Shown here: one piece after another, positions 54,431 through 63,888 of the stretch
Layout of the letters: each line of letters begins with the position of its first letter
Position numbering within the stretch: the stretch's first letter is position 1
DNA from: Candidatus Parcubacteria bacterium
GTDB taxonomy: Bacteria; Patescibacteriota; Minisyncoccia; Minisyncoccales; JAGMDC01
Reading direction: 5' to 3'
Assembly (NCBI GenBank): GCA_023130975.1
Contig: JAGMAD010000003.1
Span: forward strand, 1,109 to 65,108
DNA length: 64,000 nucleotides
Program-made: the position numbers and the translations under genes
The notes under the pieces: model-generated
What the model saw: only the letters and a program-made list of their open reading frames with translations
Databases searched by the model: none
What the model was told of the DNA's origin: nothing

Positions 54431-54695
54431 AGCACGTTAGTGTTTTAGGAGGTGGAATACGGGTTGCCCAATAGGAGCAAAAAAGGAACTCGCTGGCGGG
54501 TTTGAGACAATATTTGCTATTGCGGGATAATACGAAGCAAGAGTATAACAAAGAATCCGCTGACACGATTCCCGGCAGTGGATTGACCAACAAGACCAAA
54601 TTTCATTTTCCCAATTAAGAGGGGGGCATTCTTTTTTTTCGTCCTCCTATTTTTATTTCATTTTGAAATCCAACTGGCTAAAAAGCCAGTTTTTT
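54431..54695 (+). ncRNA. candidate ~265-nt non-coding RNA (unknown class)
   Basis: Promoter at 54396; no ATG anywhere in the interval. End pairing TAGGAGG (54447) / CCTCCTA (54643). Relatively GC-rich. Intrinsic terminator aactggct-aaaa-agccagtt+tttt at 54672-54695. Confidence 0.45.
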
Positions 54696-54835
54696 GATAA
54701 GATAAATTTGTGAAAAAATATTCTTCTAAGCAAGCTAAAAAAGGAAAATTGGCATATCGAACACCTTCAAAATTTATCTATAAAAAGTTTAAGCAAATTT
54801 CTAAAGAGAAAAATAAGAAGAAATAAAAGAGATAT

Positions 54836-56488
54836 TTAAAGAAATTTAACCATATAAGTGTCTTTTAATTTATATCCTGCTTTGCGAAAGAAATCTCTTA
54901 CTCCAATTCCTGAGATCACAGTAATTTTAGATAGTTTAAATTTCTCTTTTGTGATTTTTTCTGCTTCTCTGATGAGTTTTTTACCAAGTCCTTTATGTTG
55001 AGCCGCCATTAAATCTATTGAGGTTGAACCTCGATAGATTGGTATCATTTGTCCATAAGTGTGAAGCTCCCTGATAATAGCAGAATTTTTTAAAGCCAAA
55101 ATAGAATACCGAGACCCGACCCCGGGTCTGGGAGCCCGAGGTCGGGTCTCGGTGCTACTTTGAAGGGGGATACGGAGACGTAATAAACTATAAAGTTTTG
55201 TTCTGTTTTTATTTTCAAAACTCAAAAATATTTCTTTGCTATTTGACGCTTCATAGTCCTGGCTGAATAAATAGATTTTTTCTTTTGGATTGTATTTTTC
55301 TTTTACTTCTCTACATCTTATACAATGACAGGTTGAGCCTCTTTTCTTCATCTCTTTTTGAACCACTTGTCTTAGATTAGAAATTTTACTGCCAGATTCA
55401 ATATGATAAGCAGGTATGTCTCTAAATAATCGAGCTGTCCGAACCCAATATGGCAATATTTCTTTTATTTGAATTAAAAGATTGATTAACTGTTTATCAG
55501 AATACGACTTATACTTACCTTGCTTCCAAAGTTGGTAAAGTTTTGTATTTTTACAAACAACACAAGGATAAATTTTTAACCAGTCCGGCTTGAAATCCGG
55601 ATTCTGAAAAATTTCTTTAAGAGATGAAAAGTCCTTTTTTGGATTAGAGCCAGGCAAATTTGGCATTATTTGATACATTATTTTAAACCCGGTCTCTTTT
55701 AAGAGCTTCGTTGCCTTTATAGTTTCTTTTACAGAATGGCCTCTCTGGCATTTTTCTAAAATGTTATCGTATGTGGTCTGTACTCCCAATTCTACCATTG
55801 TTATTCCCAACTTTCTTAAATTAAGAATTTCCTTCTCATTAATTAAATCAGGTCTTGTTTCTATGCTTATTCCAACAATCCTATGTTTTGCTTTTTCGTT
55901 CTTCTTTTGCTCTTTTTCTAAAGATTTAATTTTTCGCGTAGTTTTGCGTTCATTTTCGCGTTGTTCTGCGTTACACGCTGCGAAGCAGCGTGTAATAAAC
56001 CAAGATTGGTATTTCTTTGGATAGGCAGTCCAGCTTCCACCGATTATTCTCAATTCAATTTTATCTGTTGGATGGCCTTGAATTTCCAAACTTCTAATTC
56101 TGTCTATAACTTGAAGATATGGATTAAATTTGTTTCTTTTTGCTCTTTCTACTGCTGGTTCTCCAGAAAGATAGCTTTTGGGCAGGCCTTTTTCTTGAGG
56201 GCAATAAATACATTTTCCCGGACAGGGATAGGACTTAGTTAAAACCGAGACCACTACTACTCCAGACAAACTCCTAATTTTTCTTTTTCTCAAGAGTTCT
56301 TCTAAAATTTCGTTCTTTTTGAGCCCTTTATTTTTTACTAAATTATGGTATGCTTTAAGTAGTTCAACATTAGAAGGACAGGAAATTTTGTATCTCTTGG
56401 CTATTTTTCTTTTAATCACAGCCAAGCCCTCCAAAGTTTTAACTTTATTTCTTAGCAGTTTTTTGATTATTAATTTCTCGATCTCCAT
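54836..56488 (-). CDS. elp3: Elp3-type radical SAM + GNAT tRNA-modification enzyme
   Basis: CPGKCIYCP rSAM cluster, TRPD, C-terminal GNAT (QHKGLGKKLI); 550 aa with palindromic in-frame insertions. Confidence 0.9.
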   Translation of the reverse strand: MEIEKLIIKKLLRNKVKTLEGLAVIKRKIAKRYKISCPSNVELLKAYHNLVKNKGLKKNEILEELLRKRKIRSLSGVVVVSVLTKSYPCPGKCIYCPQEKGLPKSYLSGEPAVERAKRNKFNPYLQVIDRIRSLEIQGHPTDKIELRIIGGSWTAYPKKYQSWFITRCFAACNAEQRENERKTTRKIKSLEKEQKKNEKAKHRIVGISIETRPDLINEKEILNLRKLGITMVELGVQTTYDNILEKCQRGHSVKETIKATKLLKETGFKIMYQIMPNLPGSNPKKDFSSLKEIFQNPDFKPDWLKIYPCVVCKNTKLYQLWKQGKYKSYSDKQLINLLIQIKEILPYWVRTARLFRDIPAYHIESGSKISNLRQVVQKEMKKRGSTCHCIRCREVKEKYNPKEKIYLFSQDYEASNSKEIFLSFENKNRTKLYSLLRLRIPLQSSTETRPRAPRPGVGSRYSILALKNSAIIRELHTYGQMIPIYRGSTSIDLMAAQHKGLGKKLIREAEKITKEKFKLSKITVISGIGVRDFFRKAGYKLKDTYMVKFL

Positions 56489-56573
56489 ACAAAGGGCCTA
56501 AAACTCGAGGTTAGTCCCTAAAATTACTATAACTTAATTGTCTTTATGCTTCAACTTACCTGGCTAAGATTTT

Positions 56574-56645
56574 GTCCCTGTGATTTAATGGATAGAATAG
56601 AGACCTCCGGAGTCTCAAATGTAGGTTCGATTCCTACCAGGGGCA
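56574..56645 (+). tRNA. tRNA-Arg (anticodon CCG)
   Basis: Acceptor GTCCCTG/CAGGGGC (U2:G71), anticodon stem GAGAC/GTCTC, loop CTCCGGA, T-arm GTAGG-TTCGATT-CCTAC. Confidence 0.9.
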
Positions 56646-56679
56646 TGTATAAAATAGTACTTAAAATTAAGAAAAAGAG

Positions 56680-57006
56680 GTGATAAAAATGGGAATGCAG
56701 TATCCTATAATTGGTAGGCTGATTTCATTAGAACTTTTAAAAAGAAAGATAGACTATACTACTCTCTTTTCTTTGGTAGGGAGCAGGATGAAAAAGGATT
56801 ATTATGAGTTAGAGTTTAACGAAGAAATTTTCAGTAATGCCCTGGGCGAACTCGGAATAAAGAAGTTAGTTACTTGTGATATCGATGAGGAAAAAGGAGA
56901 GTTTCTGTGGAGATTAACAGAGAAAGGAAACAAGATGGTTCGAGAAAAAACAAGAAAAGCCAAAGAGAATAGAGAAGCGATAGAGAAAAACACAAAAGAT
57001 AATTAA
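56680..57006 (+). CDS. hypothetical protein (possible winged-helix)
   Basis: ORF only; the start may be ATG 56689. Confidence 0.4.
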   Translation: MIKMGMQYPIIGRLISLELLKRKIDYTTLFSLVGSRMKKDYYELEFNEEIFSNALGELGIKKLVTCDIDEEKGEFLWRLTEKGNKMVREKTRKAKENREAIEKNTKDN

Positions 57007-57068
57007 AGGGAGATTTCTCCCTATTTTTTATACTTGAAAAAAATGGGTTTTATGGTAGAATTAAAAAT

Positions 57069-57695
57069 ATGAAAGTATCTATCTTGTTTAGTGGTGGGAA
57101 GGATTCTTGTTTAGCAGCGGTTTTACTATCAAAGTTTTTTGAAGTAGAATTGGTTACTTGTAGTTTTGGGATTTTATCAAACTGGAAAAAAGCAGAAGAG
57201 GTGGCTAAGAAATTAGGTTTTTCCTTCAACGAGCTCAAGACAAGCTCTTTTAAGGTCTTAAAGTTAGATAAAAAAATTTTAGAAGAAGCGGCAGAAAAAA
57301 TAATTCAAGATAGCTTCCCGGCGAATGGGATAAAATACATTCATCAAAAAGCATTAGAAACATTGGCTGAACAGACAGAGCTTATTGCCGATGGTATTCG
57401 AAGAGACGATAGAGTACCGGTTCTTTCTTTAGCAGAAGTTAAACATCTTGAGGATAAATTCAATATTCATTATATTCAGCCGTTAATGGGCTATAGCCGA
57501 AAAACAATTAACATTTTAGTAGATAAATTTTTTAAAATTAAGGAATACAAAAGCACTGATTTTGTAGGTGCAGAATACGAATTTGAATTAAGGGAATACA
57601 TTAAAAAAAAATATGGTGCTGGGAAAATCAAAGAAATTTTTCCTCAAAACCATACCCAATCAATAGTAGTAGATATAAAAGAAAAAATCTGTTAG
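57069..57695 (+). CDS. PP-loop (adenine nucleotide alpha-hydrolase superfamily) ATPase
   Basis: VSILFSGGKDSCLAA SGGKDS motif; ADGIRRDD. Confidence 0.65.
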   Translation: MKVSILFSGGKDSCLAAVLLSKFFEVELVTCSFGILSNWKKAEEVAKKLGFSFNELKTSSFKVLKLDKKILEEAAEKIIQDSFPANGIKYIHQKALETLAEQTELIADGIRRDDRVPVLSLAEVKHLEDKFNIHYIQPLMGYSRKTINILVDKFFKIKEYKSTDFVGAEYEFELREYIKKKYGAGKIKEIFPQNHTQSIVVDIKEKIC

Positions 57696-57706
57696 AATAA
57701 AAATAT

Positions 57707-58243
57707 ATGAAGCATAAAATTGCCGTGTCAGGCGCAGCTCAAACGAGCATTTGCTCAAAGAACGCTGAAAAATTGGCGAAAGAGATAGGTAAGGAAATTG
57801 CTAAGCAAGGATGTATTTTAGTGACCGGAGCCACTACCGGCATACCTTATTTTTCTGTACAAGGATTAGAAGAAGAAGGTGGGATTAGTGTTGGTTTTTC
57901 ACCTGCTGCTTCTGAAACAGCGCATAGAAAGAAATACCGTCTTCCGAGGATTTCTGATATTATTGTCCATACCGGCTTTGGCTATGCTGGCAGGAATCTT
58001 TTAATGACCAGAGCTGCAGACGCTGTAATTATAATTTGCGGCAGAATGGGAACCTTAAATGAATTCACTATTGCTTTTGAAGATCAAAAACCGATTGGTG
58101 TTTTAGAAGGCACTGGTGGAACAGCAGATATTATAAAAGATTTAATTAAGTTCCCTCATAGAGGAAAAATAAGAATTGTTTTTGAAAAAGATCCTAAGAA
58201 ATTAGTGGAAAAATTAATTAGATTAATAAAAAATTCAAAATAA
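57707..58243 (+). CDS. TIGR00725 / LOG-like Rossmann family protein
   Basis: KIAVSGAA...GCILVTGATTGIPY...AADAVIIICGRMGTLNEFTIA. Confidence 0.65.
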   Translation: MKHKIAVSGAAQTSICSKNAEKLAKEIGKEIAKQGCILVTGATTGIPYFSVQGLEEEGGISVGFSPAASETAHRKKYRLPRISDIIVHTGFGYAGRNLLMTRAADAVIIICGRMGTLNEFTIAFEDQKPIGVLEGTGGTADIIKDLIKFPHRGKIRIVFEKDPKKLVEKLIRLIKNSK

Positions 58244-58534
58244 CCCCCCACCACTTTTTATGTTTTATGTATATCTTTTGAAAAGCAAAAAAGATAAAAA
58301 GTTTTATATTGGATTAACCTCGAATCTAAAAAGAAGATTTAAAGAACATAATAATGGGTATACAAGATCTACAAAGGGCAGAAGGCCATTTGATATAATA
58401 TACTATGAGGCATATCTAAATTTTGAAGATGCGAAAACAAGAGAATCAAGATTAAAGAAATTCAAGAATTCATATACAGAGTTAAAAAAGAGAATACCCC
58501 GTAGCTTAAAAGAAGTATAAAAAGTGGTGGGGGG
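58244..58534. mobile_element. single-gene GIY-YIG cassette bounded by 16-bp perfect inverted repeats
   Basis: ccccccaccacttttt (58244-58259) abuts the ATG. aaaaagtggtgggggg (58519-58534) overlaps the TAA. Confidence 0.55.
58260..58520 (+). CDS. GIY-YIG nuclease family protein (86 aa)
   Basis: FYVYLLKSKKDKKFYIGLTSNLKRRFKEHNNG. Confidence 0.85.
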   Translation: MFYVYLLKSKKDKKFYIGLTSNLKRRFKEHNNGYTRSTKGRRPFDIIYYEAYLNFEDAKTRESRLKKFKNSYTELKKRIPRSLKEV

Positions 58535-58630
58535 AAAGGTCGAAAAAGTAGATATTAGATTTTTGATGTTGGATAATAGAAATTAAATCTAATATCTATA
58601 ATCTATTATCTAATATCTAATTCTAAATTT

Positions 58631-58903
58631 ATGCCAGAAAATAATCCTCCAGAAGAAGGAAAATTAATAGGGAAAATTAGTCATTATTTTGGAAATATTG
58701 CTGTAGCGGTAATTGAATTATCTGGTCCTCTTAAAGTAGGAGATGAAATTAGAATTGTCGGCGGCGAAGAAACTGATTTTAATCAGACCGTTGATTCGAT
58801 GGAATTTGAACATAAAAAAATTGATAAAGCGAAAAAAGGAGATAGTATTGGACTGAAAGTAAATGAGAAAATCAGGGAGGGCTATAAAGTATATAAAGTT
58901 TAA
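58631..58903 (+). CDS. translation-elongation-factor domain-2-like small beta-barrel protein
   Basis: GKISHYFGNIAVAVIELSGPLKVGDEIRIVG...KGDSIGLKV. Confidence 0.55.
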   Translation: MPENNPPEEGKLIGKISHYFGNIAVAVIELSGPLKVGDEIRIVGGEETDFNQTVDSMEFEHKKIDKAKKGDSIGLKVNEKIREGYKVYKV

Positions 58904-58973
58904 ATCTGAATAGTTGTGCTTAGCTAAACTAAGCACAAAAGCTAAGCGCAAAAACAGAAAAGGGAAGAAAAAA

Positions 58974-59255
58974 ATGAACAAGAAAATTAGAGTTCATCTT
59001 TTTATCAGTGGTAGAGTGCAAGGAGTATTTTTTCGAGAAAACACCCGGAGAAAAGCTGAAAAGTTAGAACTAAATGGCTGGGTTAGAAATTTACCTGATG
59101 GTAGAGTGGAAATCATTTTAGAGGGAGATGAAGAAAAAGTTAAAAAGATGATTAAATGGACAAAAAAAGGTCCCATTATTGCTAAAGTTGATGAAGTTGA
59201 GATTGAAGAAAAAGAATATGAAAACGAATTTAAAGATTTTAAGATAGAATATTAA
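58974..59255 (+). CDS. acyP: acylphosphatase
   Basis: VHLFISGRVQGVFFRENTRRKAEKLELNGWVRNLPDGRVEIILEG. Start taken at MNKKIRV rather than the track start 58914. Confidence 0.85.
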   Translation: MNKKIRVHLFISGRVQGVFFRENTRRKAEKLELNGWVRNLPDGRVEIILEGDEEKVKKMIKWTKKGPIIAKVDEVEIEEKEYENEFKDFKIEY

Positions 59256-59256
59256 T

Positions 59257-59544
59257 ATGTCTTTTTCAACTATTATTTTAATATATCTATTTTTATTCTT
59301 ATTGTGTTTTGTTTTTACATTGAGGTATAAAGCCCGCATATCTAAACATGACGGTGATTTCCCCGAGACCTTAATGAAAACTTTTGTTATTTTTGTGTAT
59401 TTAGGATTAGCAGTAGCAGTAGGAGTATTTCTTTCCTTGCCATTTTTAATCTCTCAAGGCCAGCAAATTACTCGATCGCTGGATTTATCATTTAATATTG
59501 CCTCTTTAGTAGATAGTTTCACAGATTTGTTAGAGTTTAAATAA
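59257..59544 (+). CDS. hypothetical 2-TM membrane protein
   Basis: ORF with two hydrophobic helices, tightly packed between neighbours. Confidence 0.4.
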   Translation: MSFSTIILIYLFLFLLCFVFTLRYKARISKHDGDFPETLMKTFVIFVYLGLAVAVGVFLSLPFLISQGQQITRSLDLSFNIASLVDSFTDLLEFK

Positions 59545-59545
59545 A

Positions 59546-60667
59546 ATGCGAAATTTTCTAAAAGCTTTGGCTGTCTTTGTAGGAACTATAATTGGAGTAG
59601 GAATTTTCGGCTTGCCTTATGTTGCTTCAAAGGCAGGTTTTTTTATTGTCTTTTTTTATTTTTTACTGATTTTAGGAATAGTAATCACTATTCATTTAAT
59701 TTATGGAAAAATTTGTTTAGGGACAAAGGGACTGCACCGTCTGCCTGGTTATGTGAATAAATATCTTGGAGCTGGCTGGAAAAATTTATCTTTTTTGCTT
59801 ATTTGGACGGGTCTTACCGGCGCCTCCTTGGCTTATTTAATTGTTGGCGGAGAGTTTTTGAAATTTCTTTTTGCTCCTTATTTCGGCGGCAGCAATTTAA
59901 TTTATACTCTAATATTTTTTAGTGCTGGCAGTTATCTGATTTTTCGAGGAATTAAGAGTATATCCCAAATTGAACTTTCTCTTTTATTTATTTTTTTTGC
60001 TATTTTAATTATTTTTTTTCTAAAAGCCCTGCCTTTTATTAACATTGATTACTTAAAAACAATTGATTGGAAGTTCTTAACTTTTCCTTACGGCGTCATT
60101 CTTTTCTCTCTATGCGGTTTGGCCATGATACCGGAGCTTAAAGAAATATTAGGAGAAGATAGACAGAAATTAAATAAAGTTATAATTTCTGGGATTTTGA
60201 TTGCAGCTATTGCTTATCTATTTTTTGTTTTTATCATTTTTGGAACTTGCGGAGTTCATACTTCAGAAGAAGCCATTTCTGGTTTTGCTTTCACCTTGGG
60301 TGATGGCATTATTGGATTGGGTTTTATTTTTGGAATTATTGCTTGCTTTACTTCCTTTCTTACTTTGGGTTTGACTCTAAAAAAAGTTTTTTGGTATGAT
60401 TTTGGATTATCCAAACATCTTTCCTGGTTTATTGCCTGTTTTTTACCTTTAGTTTTATTTTTAATAGGTATACGGGAATTTATTGATGTTATTGGTATCA
60501 CTGGCGCCTTTGCTCTTGGGGGAGAAGGAATTATTGTTGTTTTTCTTTATAAGGCCTTTTTGAAAAAGAAATTTTCTAAGAAAATGAATCCATTATTATA
60601 CTTTCTGCCCTTATTTTTTATCTTAGGATTTGGCTTAGAAATTTTCTATTTCATATTTACTAAATAA
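59546..60667 (+). CDS. amino acid permease (aromatic amino acid/APC-like, ~11 TM)
   Basis: VGTIIGVGIFGLPY N-terminal motif; polytopic. Confidence 0.65.
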   Translation: MRNFLKALAVFVGTIIGVGIFGLPYVASKAGFFIVFFYFLLILGIVITIHLIYGKICLGTKGLHRLPGYVNKYLGAGWKNLSFLLIWTGLTGASLAYLIVGGEFLKFLFAPYFGGSNLIYTLIFFSAGSYLIFRGIKSISQIELSLLFIFFAILIIFFLKALPFINIDYLKTIDWKFLTFPYGVILFSLCGLAMIPELKEILGEDRQKLNKVIISGILIAAIAYLFFVFIIFGTCGVHTSEEAISGFAFTLGDGIIGLGFIFGIIACFTSFLTLGLTLKKVFWYDFGLSKHLSWFIACFLPLVLFLIGIREFIDVIGITGAFALGGEGIIVVFLYKAFLKKKFSKKMNPLLYFLPLFFILGFGLEIFYFIFTK

Positions 60668-60672
60668 ATCTT

Positions 60673-61941
60673 ATGAAATTTATAGCTGATTTTCATCTTC
60701 ATTCTAAATATTCAAGAGCGACCAGCCCGCAAATGGATTTAGAGAATATGGCTCAATGGGCGAAAATAAAAGGTATAGATATTTTAGGGACCGGTGATTT
60801 CACCCACCCGGAATGGTTCAAAGAACTGAAAGAAAAATTAGAACCAGCAGAACCAGGACTTTTTAAATTAAAAAACAGTGATTCTGAAACTCGTTTTATT
60901 TTAACCGCTGAAATTAGTTGTATTTACTCAAAAGGCGGAAAGGTTAGAAAAATTCACATTGTGGTTTTTGCTCCTTCTTTGGAAATCGTAGAAAAAATCA
61001 ATACTCAATTGGGATGGATTGGCAATTTGAAAGCCGATGGTAGACCAATTTTGGGATTGGATGCTAAGGAATTAGCAAAGATTGTTTTAAGTATTTCAAA
61101 AGATTGCTTGATTGTACCTGCTCATTGTATGACCCCATGGTTCGGCATCTTTGGTTCTAAGTCAGGGTTTGATTCTATTGAAGAATGCTTTGAAGATTAT
61201 TCAAAACATATTTATGCAATAGAAAGTGGTTTAAGCGCGGACCCAGCAATGCTTTGGCGAATACCTGATGGCCGAAAGCTTACTATAATCTCAAACAGTG
61301 ACGCGCATAGTCCAGCTAAGCTTGGAAGGGAAGCAAATGTTTTTGAAGGCGAGGAATTAAGTTATAATTTGATAGTTCAGGCAATAAAAGCCGGGGGAGG
61401 CCCGGCCTCCCCCAATTTCTTGAAACTGATTTACACAATTGAATTTTATCCTCAAGAAGGGAAGTACCATTATGACGGCCATCGCAATTGCGGAATTAGC
61501 TTATCGCCTTCAGAGGCAAAAAAATATAATAATATCTGTCCTAATTGCGGTAAGCCATTAACTATTGGAGTTTTAAACCGAGTAGAGGAATTAGCAGATA
61601 AACCAGAGGGATTTAAACCAGAAGAAGCTATTCCTTTTAAAAGTTTAGTCCCCTTAGAAGAAGTAATTGCTGAAAGTTTGGGTCAAAATACAGGAACGAA
61701 GCAAGTAGAAGCAGAGTATAAAAATTTAATTGAGAAATTTGGTCAGGAGTTTAAGATTTTATTAGATATTTCCAAGACAGATTTAGAATCAGCAACTTTG
61801 CCAGAAATTGCTGAAGGAATCATAAGAGTAAGACAGGGAAAAGTTAATGTTGAGCCCGGTTATGACGGCGTTTTTGGCAAAGTAAGAATTTTTTCTAAAG
61901 CAGAACAAAAAGAATTACCAAACCAAAAAACTTTATTCTAA
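60673..61941 (+). CDS. endonuclease Q-like PHP-domain protein (TIGR00375 family)
   Basis: FIADFHLHSKYSRATSPQMDL...GTGDFTHPEW, Zn-finger CPNCGK. Confidence 0.75.
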   Translation: MKFIADFHLHSKYSRATSPQMDLENMAQWAKIKGIDILGTGDFTHPEWFKELKEKLEPAEPGLFKLKNSDSETRFILTAEISCIYSKGGKVRKIHIVVFAPSLEIVEKINTQLGWIGNLKADGRPILGLDAKELAKIVLSISKDCLIVPAHCMTPWFGIFGSKSGFDSIEECFEDYSKHIYAIESGLSADPAMLWRIPDGRKLTIISNSDAHSPAKLGREANVFEGEELSYNLIVQAIKAGGGPASPNFLKLIYTIEFYPQEGKYHYDGHRNCGISLSPSEAKKYNNICPNCGKPLTIGVLNRVEELADKPEGFKPEEAIPFKSLVPLEEVIAESLGQNTGTKQVEAEYKNLIEKFGQEFKILLDISKTDLESATLPEIAEGIIRVRQGKVNVEPGYDGVFGKVRIFSKAEQKELPNQKTLF

Positions 61942-62041
61942 AAAGATTTATTGGAGATACCTTCTCTGAAATGAGAAGGTTTTTTGTTTACAAAAAAAGA
62001 TTAAAGATATAGAATAAAATAATTATGTAACTAAAAAATAT

Positions 62042-63073
62042 ATGATAACATATTCAAAAGCCGGAGTTGATAGAAAAATAAGGGCTCAGGCGAAAAAATC
62101 TTTAAAGAGTTTCGAACTTACTTACAAATTAAGTAAATATGGAAAAATAATCAAAACTCCTTTTAATGTTCTTTATCCAATTGGAAACAAAAAATATCAG
62201 GTGAAAACCTGTGATGGGATAGGAACAAAAGTTCTTTTAGCTGAATGGATTAACAAACATAATACTATTGGTCAAGATGCTGTGGCTATGGTGGTCAATG
62301 ATTGTATAAGATGCGGAGCAAAACCAATAGCTATTACAGATATGATTGATATAAAAAAATCAGAGCCGAAGCTATTAAGAGAAATTCAGAAAGGATTGAT
62401 TTTTGGGGCAAAAGAAGCAGATTGTCCTTTAATAGGAGGAGAGACAGCAGATGTGCCAGAACTTTTAAACACTACTTACCATATAAATTGTGACTGTGTC
62501 GGGGAACTAAAAAAGAAAGACATAATTACTGGAGAGAAGATAAAACCCGGCAATATTATAATTGGCTTTCAAAGTTCTGGAGTTCACTCCAATGGCTTAA
62601 CTTTAGTAAGGAAAGTGCTTTTTAAAAAATGGGGCGGTAAATTTAATGCTTTTGACAAGCCAAAAGGTTTTAAAAGAGAATTAATTTTTGAGTGCCTTGA
62701 ACCAACAAAAATTTATGTCAATCCATTTTTAAAAATTGTCAAAAGGTTTGAAATCCTTGGAGTTGTTCATATAACTGGTGATGCTTATTTAAAATTTAAA
62801 AAATTAAATAGAAAAATTGGCTTTGAGTTTAATAATTTTAAACCTCAGCCAATTTTTAATTTAATCCAGAAAACAGGAAAAATCAGTTTAAAAGAAATGG
62901 CAAGTGTATTTAATTTAGGGTGGGGATTTGCAGTAATTATTGATAAGGCAAGTGTCAATGGAGTGTTGAATCTACTTAAAAAGGAGCGAATCCATACTGA
63001 AATCATTGGAAGAGTGATTAAAGAGAAAAAAATTATAATTAGATATAGAAACAAAAAGATAGTTTTAGCTTAG
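62042..63073 (+). CDS. purM: phosphoribosylformylglycinamidine cyclo-ligase (AIR synthase)
   Basis: YSKAGVD..., CDGIGTK, VAMVVNDCIRCGAKP, GGETADVP. Confidence 0.85.
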   Translation: MITYSKAGVDRKIRAQAKKSLKSFELTYKLSKYGKIIKTPFNVLYPIGNKKYQVKTCDGIGTKVLLAEWINKHNTIGQDAVAMVVNDCIRCGAKPIAITDMIDIKKSEPKLLREIQKGLIFGAKEADCPLIGGETADVPELLNTTYHINCDCVGELKKKDIITGEKIKPGNIIIGFQSSGVHSNGLTLVRKVLFKKWGGKFNAFDKPKGFKRELIFECLEPTKIYVNPFLKIVKRFEILGVVHITGDAYLKFKKLNRKIGFEFNNFKPQPIFNLIQKTGKISLKEMASVFNLGWGFAVIIDKASVNGVLNLLKKERIHTEIIGRVIKEKKIIIRYRNKKIVLA

Positions 63074-63387
63074 CATAGGTATTGACAGATTTATAAAAAT
63101 AGTTAAGGTATAAATAAAGGACAATGAAGTCCTGCCTCAAATGAGGCGACTGAGTTCTTTACCAAAAAGGAGGGATAGAAAATGATAGGAAAAGATATTA
63201 GAGAAAAAATGGAGGAATTTTTGAGATTAGATAAAAAAGCAGACGAGAATGATTAGCTCGATGAAGAAGAATGGAAAACATACGGTAAGTTAGAACTCGA
63301 AATAGCAATAGGGCTAATAAAAAAGTGTGGAGGAGAATATACGATTTTTTGTGAAAGGTAAGGATTTAGGAGGTGAAATAGAAAAAA

Positions 63388-63633
63388 ATGATAATAAAAA
63401 TACCTGATGAATTGATAGAAAAAATAATGGATGTGGCAAGAGCAGAGAAAAGAGCTGCTCCTTATTACAACCATTATCCCTATAAAGATACATCCGAAGA
63501 ACAAATTATTGCAATCTTGGAACAGGTCTGCCATAAAGAAGGTGCGCATTTTGGCTTGTTATTGGAATGGCAAGTCAAAAGAGAAAAAAATAAGAGAAAT
63601 GAAGAAAGAAAGGAAAGCGATAGTGAAGATTGA
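63388..63633 (+). CDS. hypothetical protein
   Basis: AGGAGG-preceded ORF; no recognisable domain. Confidence 0.35.
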   Translation: MIIKIPDELIEKIMDVARAEKRAAPYYNHYPYKDTSEEQIIAILEQVCHKEGAHFGLLLEWQVKREKNKRNEERKESDSED

Positions 63634-63888
63634 AACCAAAAGAAGAAAATATAGGATGGTCGGCGGCTGCCTGTTTAGAAAAGTGGAAAAAGACAAAAAG
63701 GAAAAGCCATTAAATAATAATAGCTAATTCTACGTTTATTAAAAAAGAATTAGCTTTTTTTATTTGACTAAAATTTCAAGGTGTGCTAATTCAAGGTTAA
63801 TGATGGTAAAAACCATCAAAAAGCACATTGACAATCTATAAGGATTGTCTGACTGAATGAAAAAGATTAGGAAGTGAAAAGAAAAGAA

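Noticed and set aside
54431-54695. Assignment of the candidate sRNA to SRP RNA, 6S RNA, RNase P RNA, tmRNA, or a TPP/cobalamin riboswitch.
   Set aside because: None of the signature motifs is present: the SRP GGAAGCAGC-type domain IV, RNase P GAGGAAAGTCC, the tmRNA tRNA-like end, the TPP CUGAGA box or the cobalamin B12 box. It is left unclassified.
63182-63370. In-frame TAG between two short ORFs (…KADEND*LDEEEWKTYGK…) as stop-codon readthrough or recoding. More generally, an alternative genetic code.
   Set aside because: All long conserved genes in the window read correctly with standard stops. The ORFs are tiny and unsupported.
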